From positions 1 to 53,765 of IMG/VR virus record IMGVR_UViG_3300032046_000032: 53,765 nucleotides of DNA; one strand, given 5' to 3'. Under the pieces are notes generated by a model. That model was not told the origin of the DNA. It did no database searches and saw nothing but the letters and a program-made list of their open reading frames with translations. The first letter of the stretch is position 1; each line of letters starts with the position of its first letter. The translations under genes were made by a program, and so were the position numbers. Positions 17,669-27,304 of this stretch are shown here, one piece after another. Source of the DNA: a virus. Lineage: Duplodnaviria; Caudoviricetes.

Positions 17669-20067
17669 TAGAACCTCACAATGAAGACTCTATCAGGAAC
17701 CTTCGTTGGGATATCTAATCCAGCGTCAACGGCCTTTTGTAGGTCTATGCCGTACATCCAACTGTCGTTCATTACCATCGGCACCACTGAATACGGCGCT
17801 TCCTTCAGCTGTGCTCTTATAGCGTCCCTCTCAAGTGCTCCCCGGCCTTGACGTCGACGTGAACTAACCCAATAGGAATGTGCTGGTGCAAGCTGGAACC
17901 AAAACGTATTATCTTCTGCTCGCAGGACGCAATTGAAGTTACCTGAGCCCTGCGCTATTGCATTAACTATATCTTCAACCATCGAGTCTGCTAACGTAGC
18001 TGCACGTCCGGACTTAATATTGAACACTGAGCTGATGCTCTCTTCTAACGCCGTCGGTGCTGGCAACGGCGTGTCGGTCACTTGACACCAAAGCATCATA
18101 CCGAAATATGCGACGATGTGATTAGCTCTCACACGGTCGGGAAGCTTCGTTGGGTATGTCGCGAAGACCGCTGCGCGGGCTTCGGCAAGTATTGCTTGCC
18201 ACTCAGGCTCTAGCCCTAACACCTGTTGGATGTAGTAGCCACCGAAGTTAGGCGGCATCTTATCACGTAGCTCTTGAAAAGCGTTGTACGCACTCGAGTC
18301 TTCTGCAATGGCATTTGGATGCAGCTGTGCGACAACTAGCCGCTCACGTGCCGCGGGGTCGGCGATAAGGTCTTCCCCATCGACACTAAAAGGTGCAGAC
18401 AGCGGGTAATCAACTGTCGTCTGATCGCCTCTACCGCGGGCATCATGCCCTGTGTCGTACGCTAGTAGGATCGTCCTAAGCAACCGCTCCACTAGCTCAT
18501 AGCGAAATTCGCTGAACGCGATAGGCACGGCGTTGGATGAACCTAACAAAGCAAGCGTGACAAACCTTGTTGTCCCGGCGTCGTACGTCTTCGGATCCAC
18601 CTGGCCTAGGAGTGGCAGGAATACCCGCTGGATTAGCGTCGTCTTGCCTGAACCTTTTGTCCCTGCGACGTTTAGTATAGGGAACCGGTAGTGGTGTTCC
18701 TCTAACCATGGCTTTAAGGTACTCGCAGCGTACCATCCAATCATCGGCCATATTGTAGTCTCCTCGTTTAACTTTGGTACAAGTTCTTTGATGAGCTTGA
18801 GCTCCGTCTTGCTTAGCTCTGGAACCAAAGCTAAGTCGGGATGTTCCTTCTGTACAGGAAGCCAGCAAACCGGACCGTCATGCCCTTGCCAAATCTCCTT
18901 CGCGCTGACAACTTGCTTGTTACCGAGGAACAGCCACGTGTCATGTATCTTGTGTAAACCAAGCACCGATGTAGCGCCGACTTTAGGGAGCCCCGCCCCC
19001 CTAAGTATATCAAGAAGGTACGGGAGGAGAGCTCGTATGTCATCGTCATGGCCCAACCACTGCCATGCGGCAACAGGCGCTTCTCTATCAAACCTACGGA
19101 CGGACGTAAATGCGGAGCGAGAAAACGTAATACCTGGCCAAGTGTACCCGGCAGCATGTACATCTCCAACAATCGCATCTTCGGCTCCAAACTTAGATCC
19201 GTCCAGTAAGACGGTCGGCGCAATTGTAAAGGTGCTGAGGCGCTTAGTCCCTCGTTTTGTGTTGACGATGTATCCATCTTCGGACTCCTCGATCTCACTA
19301 GCCGAAGCAACAGCTAACGTACTTGGGGCTTTCGCCCTAACTTGTCCTATTGTCTGCTGCAGATATACGCTGTTCTCACTTGACTTATCACCGCAAGGTT
19401 GCCCAGCAAAAATAACTCGAATGAGGTCGTCACTGGAGCCACACCGTACAAGCTGTCCAACGACCGCCCAGTCACGCTCACTACGAGACCTGTAACCTCG
19501 ACTATCTCCGGTTCGAATCTTATGCCGTGTCTTATTGTCCAGTCCTGCAACAACCTCAATATCGGCAGAGCTGTAGCGTCTCTCGGGCTGATAGAGCTCC
19601 AAACGAACGCGAACATGCGGTTCCTCCTTCTTGTTCAGAGTGCCTGAGACTCTAAGCACTCTGTTTGCGTTCCAACAGGCCTTGTCTGCAGTCGCTACAT
19701 CCTCTATCATAATCTTGTTCAGGGTCTCTAAAGGCTCAACACCGAGTACCGGAGTATCTAGAAACCAGTATACATGCCAACCGTGACCCGAGAATACTGT
19801 AGCAGAAGGCGGAAGCGTGCACAAAGGCTTTTGTGCGTCATCAACGTCTACCCACAAAGTTGCTGACCCAAGGACATCTGTCTTCTCCGTACCAGCAGTC
19901 GATCGCATCGCAGGGCCGAAGTAAACATCCTTATCGCCTGGTATCTCAAGAGTGATAAGCTCTTCAGGTGTGTAGTACTTAGTAAAAGCAGGCAACGGCT
20001 TATCTATTGCAATAGCCATTAGCCCACCGAACGCGAGCTGTTTTAGGAACTCAAGAGATGCATCCAT
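17668..20067 (-). CDS. Primase-helicase (RepB'-type AEP primase fused to P-loop NTPase)
   Basis: WVDVD, SGHGWHVYW and RVLRVSGT primase motifs; Walker A GTKGSGKT in the C-terminal half. Confidence 0.85.
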   Translation of the reverse strand: MDASLEFLKQLAFGGLMAIAIDKPLPAFTKYYTPEELITLEIPGDKDVYFGPAMRSTAGTEKTDVLGSATLWVDVDDAQKPLCTLPPSATVFSGHGWHVYWFLDTPVLGVEPLETLNKIMIEDVATADKACWNANRVLRVSGTLNKKEEPHVRVRLELYQPERRYSSADIEVVAGLDNKTRHKIRTGDSRGYRSRSERDWAVVGQLVRCGSSDDLIRVIFAGQPCGDKSSENSVYLQQTIGQVRAKAPSTLAVASASEIEESEDGYIVNTKRGTKRLSTFTIAPTVLLDGSKFGAEDAIVGDVHAAGYTWPGITFSRSAFTSVRRFDREAPVAAWQWLGHDDDIRALLPYLLDILRGAGLPKVGATSVLGLHKIHDTWLFLGNKQVVSAKEIWQGHDGPVCWLPVQKEHPDLALVPELSKTELKLIKELVPKLNEETTIWPMIGWYAASTLKPWLEEHHYRFPILNVAGTKGSGKTTLIQRVFLPLLGQVDPKTYDAGTTRFVTLALLGSSNAVPIAFSEFRYELVERLLRTILLAYDTGHDARGRGDQTTVDYPLSAPFSVDGEDLIADPAARERLVVAQLHPNAIAEDSSAYNAFQELRDKMPPNFGGYYIQQVLGLEPEWQAILAEARAAVFATYPTKLPDRVRANHIVAYFGMMLWCQVTDTPLPAPTALEESISSVFNIKSGRAATLADSMVEDIVNAIAQGSGNFNCVLRAEDNTFWFQLAPAHSYWVSSRRRQGRGALERDAIRAQLKEAPYSVVPMVMNDSWMYGIDLQKAVDAGLDIPTKVPDRVFIVRF

Positions 20068-20104
20068 GGATTTAATTGAGCGGAGCAGCAGTTCGCTAGC
20101 TCTG

Positions 20105-20497
20105 CTAGCGAATTAGGGTGATCTTCTTGATGCGGTTGCGTGGTGGGTAGGGCTCGCCAGTCTCCGGGTCGACCCCGCTGCCGGGTTGAATGTCGACGGT
20201 GATCTTGGCGGTCTTGCCGACGAGCTGCTCGGGCCTAACCTCACCCTTGAACTTCTTGTCGAAGCCCAACGCAATCAGGGTTGCTTTGACGCGGAACTCA
20301 GCCTTCGCGGTGAAGGTCAAGGTGTCAAATACGATGCGGCCGTCGAGAGGGCCGCCGTCGACCTTCCATTGAAGGTCGATCTTTTCATTGCCAGCCTTGG
20401 ACTCGCCTGTTTCCGCCTTAACGATGGAAGCTGTATAGGTACCAACAGGTAGAGGCTCAAGGCCCTGAACTTTACTGAAGTCAATCGCAGGTGCCAT
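20105..20497 (-). CDS. Putative ssDNA-binding protein (DUF669-like)
   Basis: PLPVGTY.ASI...SKAGNEKI...RNRIKK pattern, next to the AAA ATPase. Confidence 0.75.
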   Translation of the reverse strand: MAPAIDFSKVQGLEPLPVGTYTASIVKAETGESKAGNEKIDLQWKVDGGPLDGRIVFDTLTFTAKAEFRVKATLIALGFDKKFKGEVRPEQLVGKTAKITVDIQPGSGVDPETGEPYPPRNRIKKITLIR

Positions 20498-20530
20498 GTG
20501 TCAGTCTCCTTGTGTCTTGTGTCTGGGTGA

Positions 20531-21328
20531 TTAGCTGCTCCGCTCAATCAAATCCAGGATACTCGACATTGTGGGGTTGATTATGTGGCCAACGCCACAC
20601 ATATACTGGTCCTTAGCATAAGATGATTTCGTTGGTAGTACCTGCCCGACGTTGAAGACGTCTTCGCCGAAGACGGCAGTGTCGGTAGCCTTGATATCAC
20701 CATCTACGCGGGCCTGTACGGTGAGACGCATTACGAGTAACGCGTAACCGCATAACTCCAGACCCGATTGACCCCAGATAAGAGGCTCGTAGTGGAAGAT
20801 TTGCTTCTCGTCCTGTTTCCAGGACTCATGACAGTTAAAGATGACGTTGAGACTGTGGGGCGGCTGCGTGAGATCAAGCATCTTCCTTGACCAATGCATC
20901 ATAGTGCCTAGTAACTTACCGAAGCCTTGTCGACCCAGATCGCCCACTAGCGTCCCGGGCTCCGAGTTGAGTGAGCCGTTGATAATGGACGCGATGAACC
21001 GTTGTACTTCGGTCGTACTGTCAATAAAGACAGTCTTGTATGGAGGACTGAGCCGCATCTCTTTAGCATAGCGGTCTTTAGGTTCCTGCCCGTCCATCAG
21101 CCAACGGTAAGGCTCGTTAAAGTCTTCCATAACCTCTAAGGTTATGATGTCCGGCTTGACAGCGCGTTTGCGTAGGGCCTGTGGATTGCCGTATGCGTTC
21201 AAGTCAAGCACTCGGCCGAAACGTGCATCATCGCACGCGGTGGCCAGAAGTGTAGTCTTGCCGCAACCAGGCTGACCGTAGATAAGGATCTTCAGACCCT
21301 CGTCTTCCTCACTGAAACGTTTAGCCAT
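20531..21328 (-). CDS. AAA_24 / Sak4-like ATPase (recombination)
   Basis: LIYGQPGCGKTT, VFIDSTTE, NCHE, AKDQ; exonuclease-ATPase-SSB synteny. Confidence 0.8.
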   Translation of the reverse strand: MAKRFSEEDEGLKILIYGQPGCGKTTLLATACDDARFGRVLDLNAYGNPQALRKRAVKPDIITLEVMEDFNEPYRWLMDGQEPKDRYAKEMRLSPPYKTVFIDSTTEVQRFIASIINGSLNSEPGTLVGDLGRQGFGKLLGTMMHWSRKMLDLTQPPHSLNVIFNCHESWKQDEKQIFHYEPLIWGQSGLELCGYALLVMRLTVQARVDGDIKATDTAVFGEDVFNVGQVLPTKSSYAKDQYMCGVGHIINPTMSSILDLIERSS

Positions 21329-21339
21329 TATGACCTCCG

Positions 21340-22431
21340 TTAAGTTCGTTCATCTGTGTTACTCCCGTTACTACGAATTGAATGCGTTGATACCCGCTGC
21401 TGATATTCAGCATTGAGTAGCACTTCGTAATCGCTGCCGGCGTTCATTGCCAGACAGGGACTACGAAAATGGCACATTGTACAGTTTAACCACCCTGGTG
21501 CAGGGTACCTTTTCACCGTTGTCGGCCTTACCATCTCACACCCTGTGTAGTATATGTTCTTCATCAGCTCTCGAACTTCGTATAGACTACGGTAGACCGG
21601 GAACCTTAGGAAGAACGCTTGCTCCTTCTCCTTTAAGACTTCTAGGAAGGGCCCGTAGAAACCTTGAATCGTATCAGCCGACCAATCAGGGTACAGCTGA
21701 TGGATACACCACACATAGAAGAACGAGGTACAGTCAGCTCTCGTTGACTGTGATAACATCCCGTTTTGCAACAAGTCAGGGCTTGCAGGAACCTTCTTAC
21801 GTATGATATTGTAAAGCACGCCTTTGATAGGCACCTTTAGCATCTTAGAAGCTGCGTGTACGTAAACACCGCACTGTTCATCGTTAGCTAAGGAGTTCAC
21901 AAGTTCCTGTATAGAGCGAGTGGTCTTGCACTCCCAGATCCAGTACTCGCCTGTTGGAATGTGCTTGACAACGCCGTCAAACCTGCCACCGAGGCGCATC
22001 TTCTGGGATGCTCGTCCACTCGGCGTCAGCATCGGAATATCGAACTCTGTTTCCAAACTAATGAACTCCAGGTTCTCGTCACTATACATCTTGTGGTCGT
22101 GTTCGACCCAAAGTTTATAATGGCCCAACAGACCTCGCATCATTTCAATCTGCTCCGCGAAGGTAATCTCCTCCTGCGGCCACAGAGCTCCGATTTTGTC
22201 GATTTCAGTCTTCTCGTCAGCAAGAAACTTATCGAGTGACTTGTCTAGCGGAATGTGCTGGGGTCCGTAATACATCTCTAAGCAGTGATGAATCGCTCTT
22301 CCAGTGAAAAACGGTATGTAAGGCACAGTCGGCTCTAGGTTACGCCCCATCGCTGACGACCAATGCCAGCGCCTTCTACAAGTGCGGAATGTTCTTACGT
22401 CGCTAATGTGAATTGAAGTGCTAGTACTCAT
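21340..22431 (-). CDS. PD-(D/E)XK exonuclease (Cas4/AddB-like)
   Basis: TCRRRW, GRAIH, GRFDGV, WECKT, QCGVY, CTMCHFRSPC. Confidence 0.85.
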   Translation of the reverse strand: MSTSTSIHISDVRTFRTCRRRWHWSSAMGRNLEPTVPYIPFFTGRAIHHCLEMYYGPQHIPLDKSLDKFLADEKTEIDKIGALWPQEEITFAEQIEMMRGLLGHYKLWVEHDHKMYSDENLEFISLETEFDIPMLTPSGRASQKMRLGGRFDGVVKHIPTGEYWIWECKTTRSIQELVNSLANDEQCGVYVHAASKMLKVPIKGVLYNIIRKKVPASPDLLQNGMLSQSTRADCTSFFYVWCIHQLYPDWSADTIQGFYGPFLEVLKEKEQAFFLRFPVYRSLYEVRELMKNIYYTGCEMVRPTTVKRYPAPGWLNCTMCHFRSPCLAMNAGSDYEVLLNAEYQQRVSTHSIRSNGSNTDERT

Positions 22432-22459
22432 GTTTGCCGCCTCCAGGTCGGCTAATGAA

Positions 22460-22495
22460 GGTAGGGAGAAGTGCCTGGAGCACTTCCGCCCTACC
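22460..22495 (-). other. Stem-loop at the 5' end of the replication-operon transcript
   Basis: ggtaggg.gaagtgc/gcacttc.ccctacc inverted repeat just downstream of the promoter. Confidence 0.55.
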
Positions 22496-22512
22496 TATAT
22501 CTGAAGTATCTT

Positions 22513-22548
22513 ATTATAAAGGCAAGTCTAAAAAAGCACAAGGGGTCA
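22513..22548 (-). promoter_or_regulatory. Sigma70-type promoter for the replication operon
   Basis: TTGTGC-17 bp-TATAAT, preceded by TGACCCC, which resembles the early-promoter box. Confidence 0.7.
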
Positions 22549-23868
22549 GCTAGGGACTCTGTCAGCCTGCTCGAGATCCTTGAGAAAGTAGAACACGAGT
22601 TCGGCTTCCGACCACTTTTTGTCAAGTGCGTCGAGGACAAGCCGGTCCGCACGACACGACCATAACAGGTAAATGTTCTTCGATTCCTTAATGTCGATAC
22701 GGTGAATGCGGTCGATCGCTTGCGTCATTTTGATCGTGCTCCAGTGACTATCTAGGAAGACAGCATGCTTAGCCCATTGAAGGTTCAGGCCTTCGCCCAT
22801 CGCATCGATGGTGCCTACCAGCAGCCCTGTGCTGCCTACTGGTCGGCGTTCGCCGCCCATGATAAGGCCGCACTTGAGCTTGTCGGCTAAGTGGAGTGCC
22901 AAGGCTCTGAAGCGGGTGAAGATAACCGTAGGCTCACCTTCATGATCTTCTAGGAAGTCATCTAACCATAGCATCTTGCCTGACGGGCCGGTAAGGCCTA
23001 ACAACGGTGGCCACGCGGCTATTTGCTGCAGCCGTGTAATTAGCGCGAGCACGTTTGGTATAAGTAAGTGCTTGTCTTCGACGGTCACTTCAATATCCTT
23101 CTGCTTCTTAACCGACGCGTAGGCTGCTTGTTGCCTTTCATCCATCGCCACGTGCTCCTCGACAACAATCTTTTCAGGAAGCTCGGGCATTACCTCTTCC
23201 TTTGTTCGCCTAATCATGTAAGGCTTGAGCATCTTGCCGAAAGCAACAGGGTTCTTAGGGCCATCCACCTTGTACTTATCGAAGTATCCTGACGTGATGT
23301 TCAAGTGCCGCGTTACCCAACCCCAGTATGCGGGAAACACTTCAGAGTCAAGGAAGTTAAGCATCGACCACAAGTCTGCGGGGTTCTTCTCCATAGGCGT
23401 ACCTGTCAAGGCAACCTTACGAGCGGCTGTAACCTGCTTGATTGCCACTGTCGTCTTTGCTTTACGGTTTTTGATTCGGTGTGCTTCATCGATGATCATA
23501 CAGTCCCAGACCAAGTCACAGATACCCCTTAGGGTATCTGCATGCAAGAAATCATAGTAAGACATTATCACGTAACCGTCCACGCTGAGAAAGTCATACG
23601 GAATCCTCCTAGGCACGACAATAGGCCAACCCGGGTCCTGGTCGTAGATGGCGTCAATCCATTGCTGTGTTAGGCTTGGCGGGCACGTCACCAAGGTTCT
23701 CCAAGGGAACATCACGTCGCCGTCAGCGTACTTCTCCCTGGCAGCTTTTGCAATCTCGATCGAGGTGACGGTCTTGCCTAGACCGCATTCGTCTGCGATC
23801 AAGCAGTAGGGTAGCCCTTCAAGCGCCCAATCAACTGCTGCTTGCTGAAATGGATAGGGTACTTTCAT
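22546..23868 (-). CDS. SNF2-family (SF2) helicase
   Basis: ADECGLGKT, DEAHRIKN, LTGTP, GEGLNL, QAIDRIHRI; start MKVPYPFQ at 23868. Confidence 0.9.
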   Translation of the reverse strand: MKVPYPFQQAAVDWALEGLPYCLIADECGLGKTVTSIEIAKAAREKYADGDVMFPWRTLVTCPPSLTQQWIDAIYDQDPGWPIVVPRRIPYDFLSVDGYVIMSYYDFLHADTLRGICDLVWDCMIIDEAHRIKNRKAKTTVAIKQVTAARKVALTGTPMEKNPADLWSMLNFLDSEVFPAYWGWVTRHLNITSGYFDKYKVDGPKNPVAFGKMLKPYMIRRTKEEVMPELPEKIVVEEHVAMDERQQAAYASVKKQKDIEVTVEDKHLLIPNVLALITRLQQIAAWPPLLGLTGPSGKMLWLDDFLEDHEGEPTVIFTRFRALALHLADKLKCGLIMGGERRPVGSTGLLVGTIDAMGEGLNLQWAKHAVFLDSHWSTIKMTQAIDRIHRIDIKESKNIYLLWSCRADRLVLDALDKKWSEAELVFYFLKDLEQADRVPS

Positions 23869-24032
23869 TAACCGCTCCGACGGTGAACTACAACAAATGG
23901 CCAAGTTTTCCACACTGACACATGCCATAACAAGAGTCGAAACTCAAAGAGCATGTCAGCCAGGAGCCATCTCTTAATTTCCTTAGCTTGGTCACTATTC
24001 ATCAATAGACGAATTTGATCTGCGTCATTCAT
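23868..24032 (-). CDS. Hypothetical protein
   Basis: MNDADQIR...; GGAGG RBS; coupled to neighbours. Confidence 0.55.
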   Translation of the reverse strand: MNDADQIRLLMNSDQAKEIKRWLLADMLFEFRLLLWHVSVWKTWPFVVVHRRSG

Positions 24033-24184
24033 TTCGCCTCCTTCACTGTCTTGATAATCGCCGCTACGAGTTTGTCTAGTTCGGTTAGCGGGAACAGCAC
24101 CTGGCAACCGCCGTTAGGGCGACGTACAAACCAGGGCTTGAACAGTGCAGCGATCTGAGAGGACACTGTCTTCTTCTTCTTCAT
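24029..24184 (-). CDS. Hypothetical 51-aa protein (not in ORF track)
   Basis: MKKKKTVSSQIAALFKPWFVRR...KEAK*; ATGA overlaps at both ends. Confidence 0.6.
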   Translation of the reverse strand: MKKKKTVSSQIAALFKPWFVRRPNGGCQVLFPLTELDKLVAAIIKTVKEAK

Positions 24185-24855
24185 TTCGTGATCCTTGCGT
24201 ACGTGATCTTCGAGACAGCGTCGTCGAACCTGTCAGTCCATGCGCAATACCCGTATATGATGTCGATGGCTGCTTCCCAGGTAGTCTTCTGGTCCGCAAT
24301 GTAGCGTAGAAGGGCTAATGTGGCGTGGGCGTCTGTCAGCGCGTTGTGCGCGACACCGTCAAATATCAGATTGCATTGCATCAGGGCTTCTCCAAGTTTG
24401 TGCCACTTGAAGGTGCCATACGCTGGACTTATGTCCCCCCTGAATGCCGCGTAGCATAACATAACGTCGAAGATGTTGTCCTTCGGGGGTATGAAGGCGA
24501 TATTCTTCAGACGTAGAGAATGCGACAGCGCCTTGATGTCATAAGACAAGTTGTAGCCAATTAGCTTCTGAGAGGTCCGTAGACTACCTACCTGCGTCCA
24601 GTAGGTGTCGATGGACTTAGCTTCGCTGACCATTTCGTTGGTAATACCGTGGACAGCTGTAGCGCCCCGTTCGATAAGTGCTACAGGCTTTACAAGCGTG
24701 CAGAAGTTGTACCCCGTAGCATCAATGCACGCAAACTGACACACTTCAGGATTAGTCAGTCCCGTCGTCTCACAGTCGAGAACGACGAATGACCCTAACA
24801 GGGTTATTCGTGCTTCCAAGACAGCTTGGTCGTGGGCATATGCTTTGTCTAGCAT
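24181..24855 (-). CDS. DEDDh 3'-5' exonuclease (DnaQ-like)
   Basis: VLDCETTG, VHGIT, YNLSYD, HNALTDA. Confidence 0.9.
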   Translation of the reverse strand: MLDKAYAHDQAVLEARITLLGSFVVLDCETTGLTNPEVCQFACIDATGYNFCTLVKPVALIERGATAVHGITNEMVSEAKSIDTYWTQVGSLRTSQKLIGYNLSYDIKALSHSLRLKNIAFIPPKDNIFDVMLCYAAFRGDISPAYGTFKWHKLGEALMQCNLIFDGVAHNALTDAHATLALLRYIADQKTTWEAAIDIIYGYCAWTDRFDDAVSKITYARITK

Positions 24856-24874
24856 GGCACTCCTTTCATCTAGG

Positions 24875-24947
24875 TAGCGGGGGGTGGACTCGAACCACCG
24901 ACCTCCTGGTTATGAGCCAGGCGAGCTGACCGCTGCTCTACCCCGCA
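24875..24947 (-). tRNA. tRNA-Met(CAT), initiator-like
   Basis: Full cloverleaf; anticodon loop CTCATAA; T-loop GTTCGAGT; 1:72 mismatch and A11:U24; CCA not encoded (CCT). Confidence 0.9.
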
Positions 24948-25138
24948 TCGTTTTCTTTCTGAATACGTTCAACCTGCTTTGGATCCAGGTCGAGATGTGG
25001 TAGCTGACACTTGCCTTTCTGCCGAATTTTCGTGTCTGTTCTCTGGGCAGCCTGGAGTAGTTCGTGAAAGGTGTCTGCCGTCACGACTAACCAATGTTTC
25101 GTACCGCTTTGCTTTGGGGTGACATGAATTGGAGCCAT
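24938..25138 (-). CDS. Hypothetical protein
   Basis: 66-aa ORF whose stop codon lies within the 5' end of the tRNA. Confidence 0.5.
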   Translation of the reverse strand: MAPIHVTPKQSGTKHWLVVTADTFHELLQAAQRTDTKIRQKGKCQLPHLDLDPKQVERIQKENDAG

Positions 25139-25140
25139 CG

Positions 25141-25593
25141 CTATCGTTTACTAGTGGTGAGACAATAATAGCGCGCATGACGGTAAGCGTCCTGCGCATG
25201 AATAAGGGTCGATAGCATGGCAGAGTGTTGCTGCAAAATTTCAACACGACCAATGACCGAGGGATCTTGAAGTACGAGCAGCGGCTCCGGGGTGCACAAA
25301 CTGGCGAAGGCTTCCACGATTCCGATTATACGTACCGACGGAAACACCGAGCCAACTTGCTCCATTGCACGTCCAGGGCGAAGGTGGAAGGATTCGATTA
25401 CTACGACCTCAGGCAGTTGCGGCTTACCTTGATTGGTAAACGTGCCGTGGAGCAGGGCCGGGAAGAACGATAGTCTGTCCTCCCAAGGTATCTGCCACAC
25501 GCCTACTACCTGAAAGTCGTTACTCCTGTCGTCTGCTACGATAAGGCAGACGCCTGTGGTGGTGCCTGGATCTACGCCAACGATAGACGCCAT
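25141..25593 (-). CDS. RuvC-like Holliday junction resolvase
   Basis: IVGVDPGTTTG, VVIES, HAQDA (RNase H-fold acidic residues). Confidence 0.75.
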   Translation of the reverse strand: MASIVGVDPGTTTGVCLIVADDRSNDFQVVGVWQIPWEDRLSFFPALLHGTFTNQGKPQLPEVVVIESFHLRPGRAMEQVGSVFPSVRIIGIVEAFASLCTPEPLLVLQDPSVIGRVEILQQHSAMLSTLIHAQDAYRHARYYCLTTSKR

Positions 25594-25769
25594 ATGCCCT
25601 CCTAAGGGGAGTGCAGGCAGATCTCCTTCGATGCGTGAGACCTGCCTGCAGATGCCGCCCCACCGTCAAACGAAGGCCGTTAGGCCTCCGACACAAGTGG
25701 GACAGCTCAGCGAGTGGGAGGGTCGTTCACCACCTCCCACTCACAGTGAAACAACGCGGAGGTTAGGCG

Positions 25770-26213
25770 TTATTTCTGAAAGGGCGACGGCGCGACCACC
25801 TTGCGGATGGGCTTGCCGTGGCTGTCAAGGCCTTTGGCCTTCAAATCCGCGGCGCGCTTGATCCGGTACTGCTTCTGGCCAGCGTAATCGTACCGCTGCT
25901 CGAGAACGATGCCGAGCGGCTTCAGGGCTACGATCACCTTCTCGTAGTCGGACGGTTTGACGTGGATGACCCACGCTTTGCCGGCCGCGGAAGCCTTGCC
26001 ACCGGCTCTACGAACCCGTGGGGTGACCTTGTATTCGTCCAAGTGGGCTTTCGTGAACGTCCACTGGCCGGCGTCGTTCTTGGCACCTTTTAGGGTGCCC
26101 TCACGAGCCAGCGTGCGGATGCGCATCTCGCCGAGGCCCAAATAGAGCGCGGCGGTCCGCAGATCCATAGGATCTGGGAACTTGACACTGCTGAGGTCGA
26201 TCTGAGTAGACAT
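25770..26213 (-). CDS. MerR/Xis-like HTH DNA-binding protein (paralog 1)
   Basis: MDLRTAALYLGLGEMRIRTLAREGTLKG...WTFTKAHLDEY. Confidence 0.75.
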   Translation of the reverse strand: MSTQIDLSSVKFPDPMDLRTAALYLGLGEMRIRTLAREGTLKGAKNDAGQWTFTKAHLDEYKVTPRVRRAGGKASAAGKAWVIHVKPSDYEKVIVALKPLGIVLEQRYDYAGQKQYRIKRAADLKAKGLDSHGKPIRKVVAPSPFQK

Positions 26214-26258
26214 GACTTGCTCCTTTTCTGAACTGAGAATGTTTTGGACTACACGCTC

Positions 26259-26287
26259 ATTGTAAGCTAAGCGCGCATAAAAAGCAA
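26259..26287 (-). promoter_or_regulatory. Sigma70-type promoter
   Basis: TTGCTT-17 bp-TACAAT upstream of HTH paralog 1. Confidence 0.65.
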
Positions 26288-26303
26288 GAGAGGAACTTAG
26301 GTC

Positions 26304-26519
26304 TCATTTACCATGGTTTTTGTGCTCCTTTCCACTAACTAAGTCCCAAAGTTCTTTGGGAGCATCACCTGGCATAGATTTAGGATCCAGGTGGACATGT
26401 TCGGCGAACCACTCTAGGGCTCGTTGGTGCCGGAATAAGGTACGGTTAGTGAAGAAGGCTTCAGCAGCATTAGCTAGCACTACCGCAGCGAGTATAATGA
26501 CTACCGTATCGTTGCTCAT
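26304..26519 (-). CDS. Small protein with N-terminal hydrophobic helix
   Basis: 71 aa; ATGA overlap with upstream ORF. Confidence 0.55.
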   Translation of the reverse strand: MSNDTVVIILAAVVLANAAEAFFTNRTLFRHQRALEWFAEHVHLDPKSMPGDAPKELWDLVSGKEHKNHGK

Positions 26520-26647
26520 TTACGCCTCTTTGAGCCCTTCTTAGCACGCTGGCGGTTCACTTTCACGCTCGCCTTTGCTCTCTTGAGACGCTTCTTCTCT
26601 TTGGCTTCAGCAACCTTGTCGTGCCAGTAACAGGGTGTGTCAGTCAT
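26516..26647 (-). CDS. Small highly basic 43-aa protein (not in ORF track)
   Basis: MTDTPCYWHDKVAEAKEKKRLKRAKASVKVNRQRAKKGSKRRK; GAAGGAG RBS right after a repeated promoter. Confidence 0.65.
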   Translation of the reverse strand: MTDTPCYWHDKVAEAKEKKRLKRAKASVKVNRQRAKKGSKRRK

Positions 26648-26703
26648 TGTGGCTCCTTCTATATAGGAAATAGGCAGCCGTACGCCTTGTTTAGTTATGA
26701 TTC

Positions 26704-26742
26704 ATTATAATAGCATTCTCGGTTTTTCACAAGGGTCATTGA
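26704..26742 (-). promoter_or_regulatory. Repeated early promoter, copy 1
   Basis: TCAATGACCC-TTGTGA-17 bp-TATAAT. Confidence 0.8.
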
Positions 26743-26752
26743 TGTAATCAAC

Positions 26753-27304
26753 TTAGGTCGTAGGCTCGGAAGCCTGCGACATCACTTCCGCGCAAAGCAT
26801 TAGATAGTGAAACAACTCAGGCTTCACCCTGTTACGCATGCGGCCGTCCTTCAATGCATGGTATAGGTATGACGCCCAGCTAGGGTTCCGTTGCCACAGG
26901 ACGACAAACGCGCGACGTGAAATTGCCCAGTCCCATTCCCTTGGAGGCTCTACAGCTTGGTACGCTCGGCGGACAGTATCCGTGTATGCTAGGATGAAAT
27001 CAGCGGCACTGTACTCGATCGCGTGGATGCCAACGCTCGTCGTTTGGTTATAAGGTATCGCCCTAAGCAGGTTGAGCACACGCCAGATGCGAACGGGTTT
27101 GTCAGTTCCCCGGTGCATGTACACCTCAAGTCTTGCGCAGCAGAGTCTTGCTGTGATGAGTTGGCCCCACATCCCTCTGCAGCTTACCCGAAGCGACTGC
27201 CAAATAGGCTCGTATGCCATCGCAGGCCATGACTGCTCGGGGTATTCTTCAAGCAGTTCGCTGTCATACACGTGGAACTTAGGCCTCGTGTACATTGTGT
27301 ACAC
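26753..27304 (-). CDS. Hypothetical protein
   Basis: 183-aa ORF, co-oriented and overlapping the upstream gene. Confidence 0.6.
   Translation of the reverse strand: MYTMYTRPKFHVYDSELLEEYPEQSWPAMAYEPIWQSLRVSCRGMWGQLITARLCCARLEVYMHRGTDKPVRIWRVLNLLRAIPYNQTTSVGIHAIEYSAADFILAYTDTVRRAYQAVEPPREWDWAISRRAFVVLWQRNPSWASYLYHALKDGRMRNRVKPELFHYLMLCAEVMSQASEPTT

Noticed and set aside
9780-20067. Introns or inteins associated with the homing endonucleases
   Set aside because: Polymerase, que genes and primase have continuous motif sets and normal lengths; the nucleases are free-standing.
21340-22431. Cas4 as evidence of a CRISPR-Cas system
   Set aside because: No cas1/cas2 or array; it sits in the usual exonuclease-ATPase-SSB recombination module.
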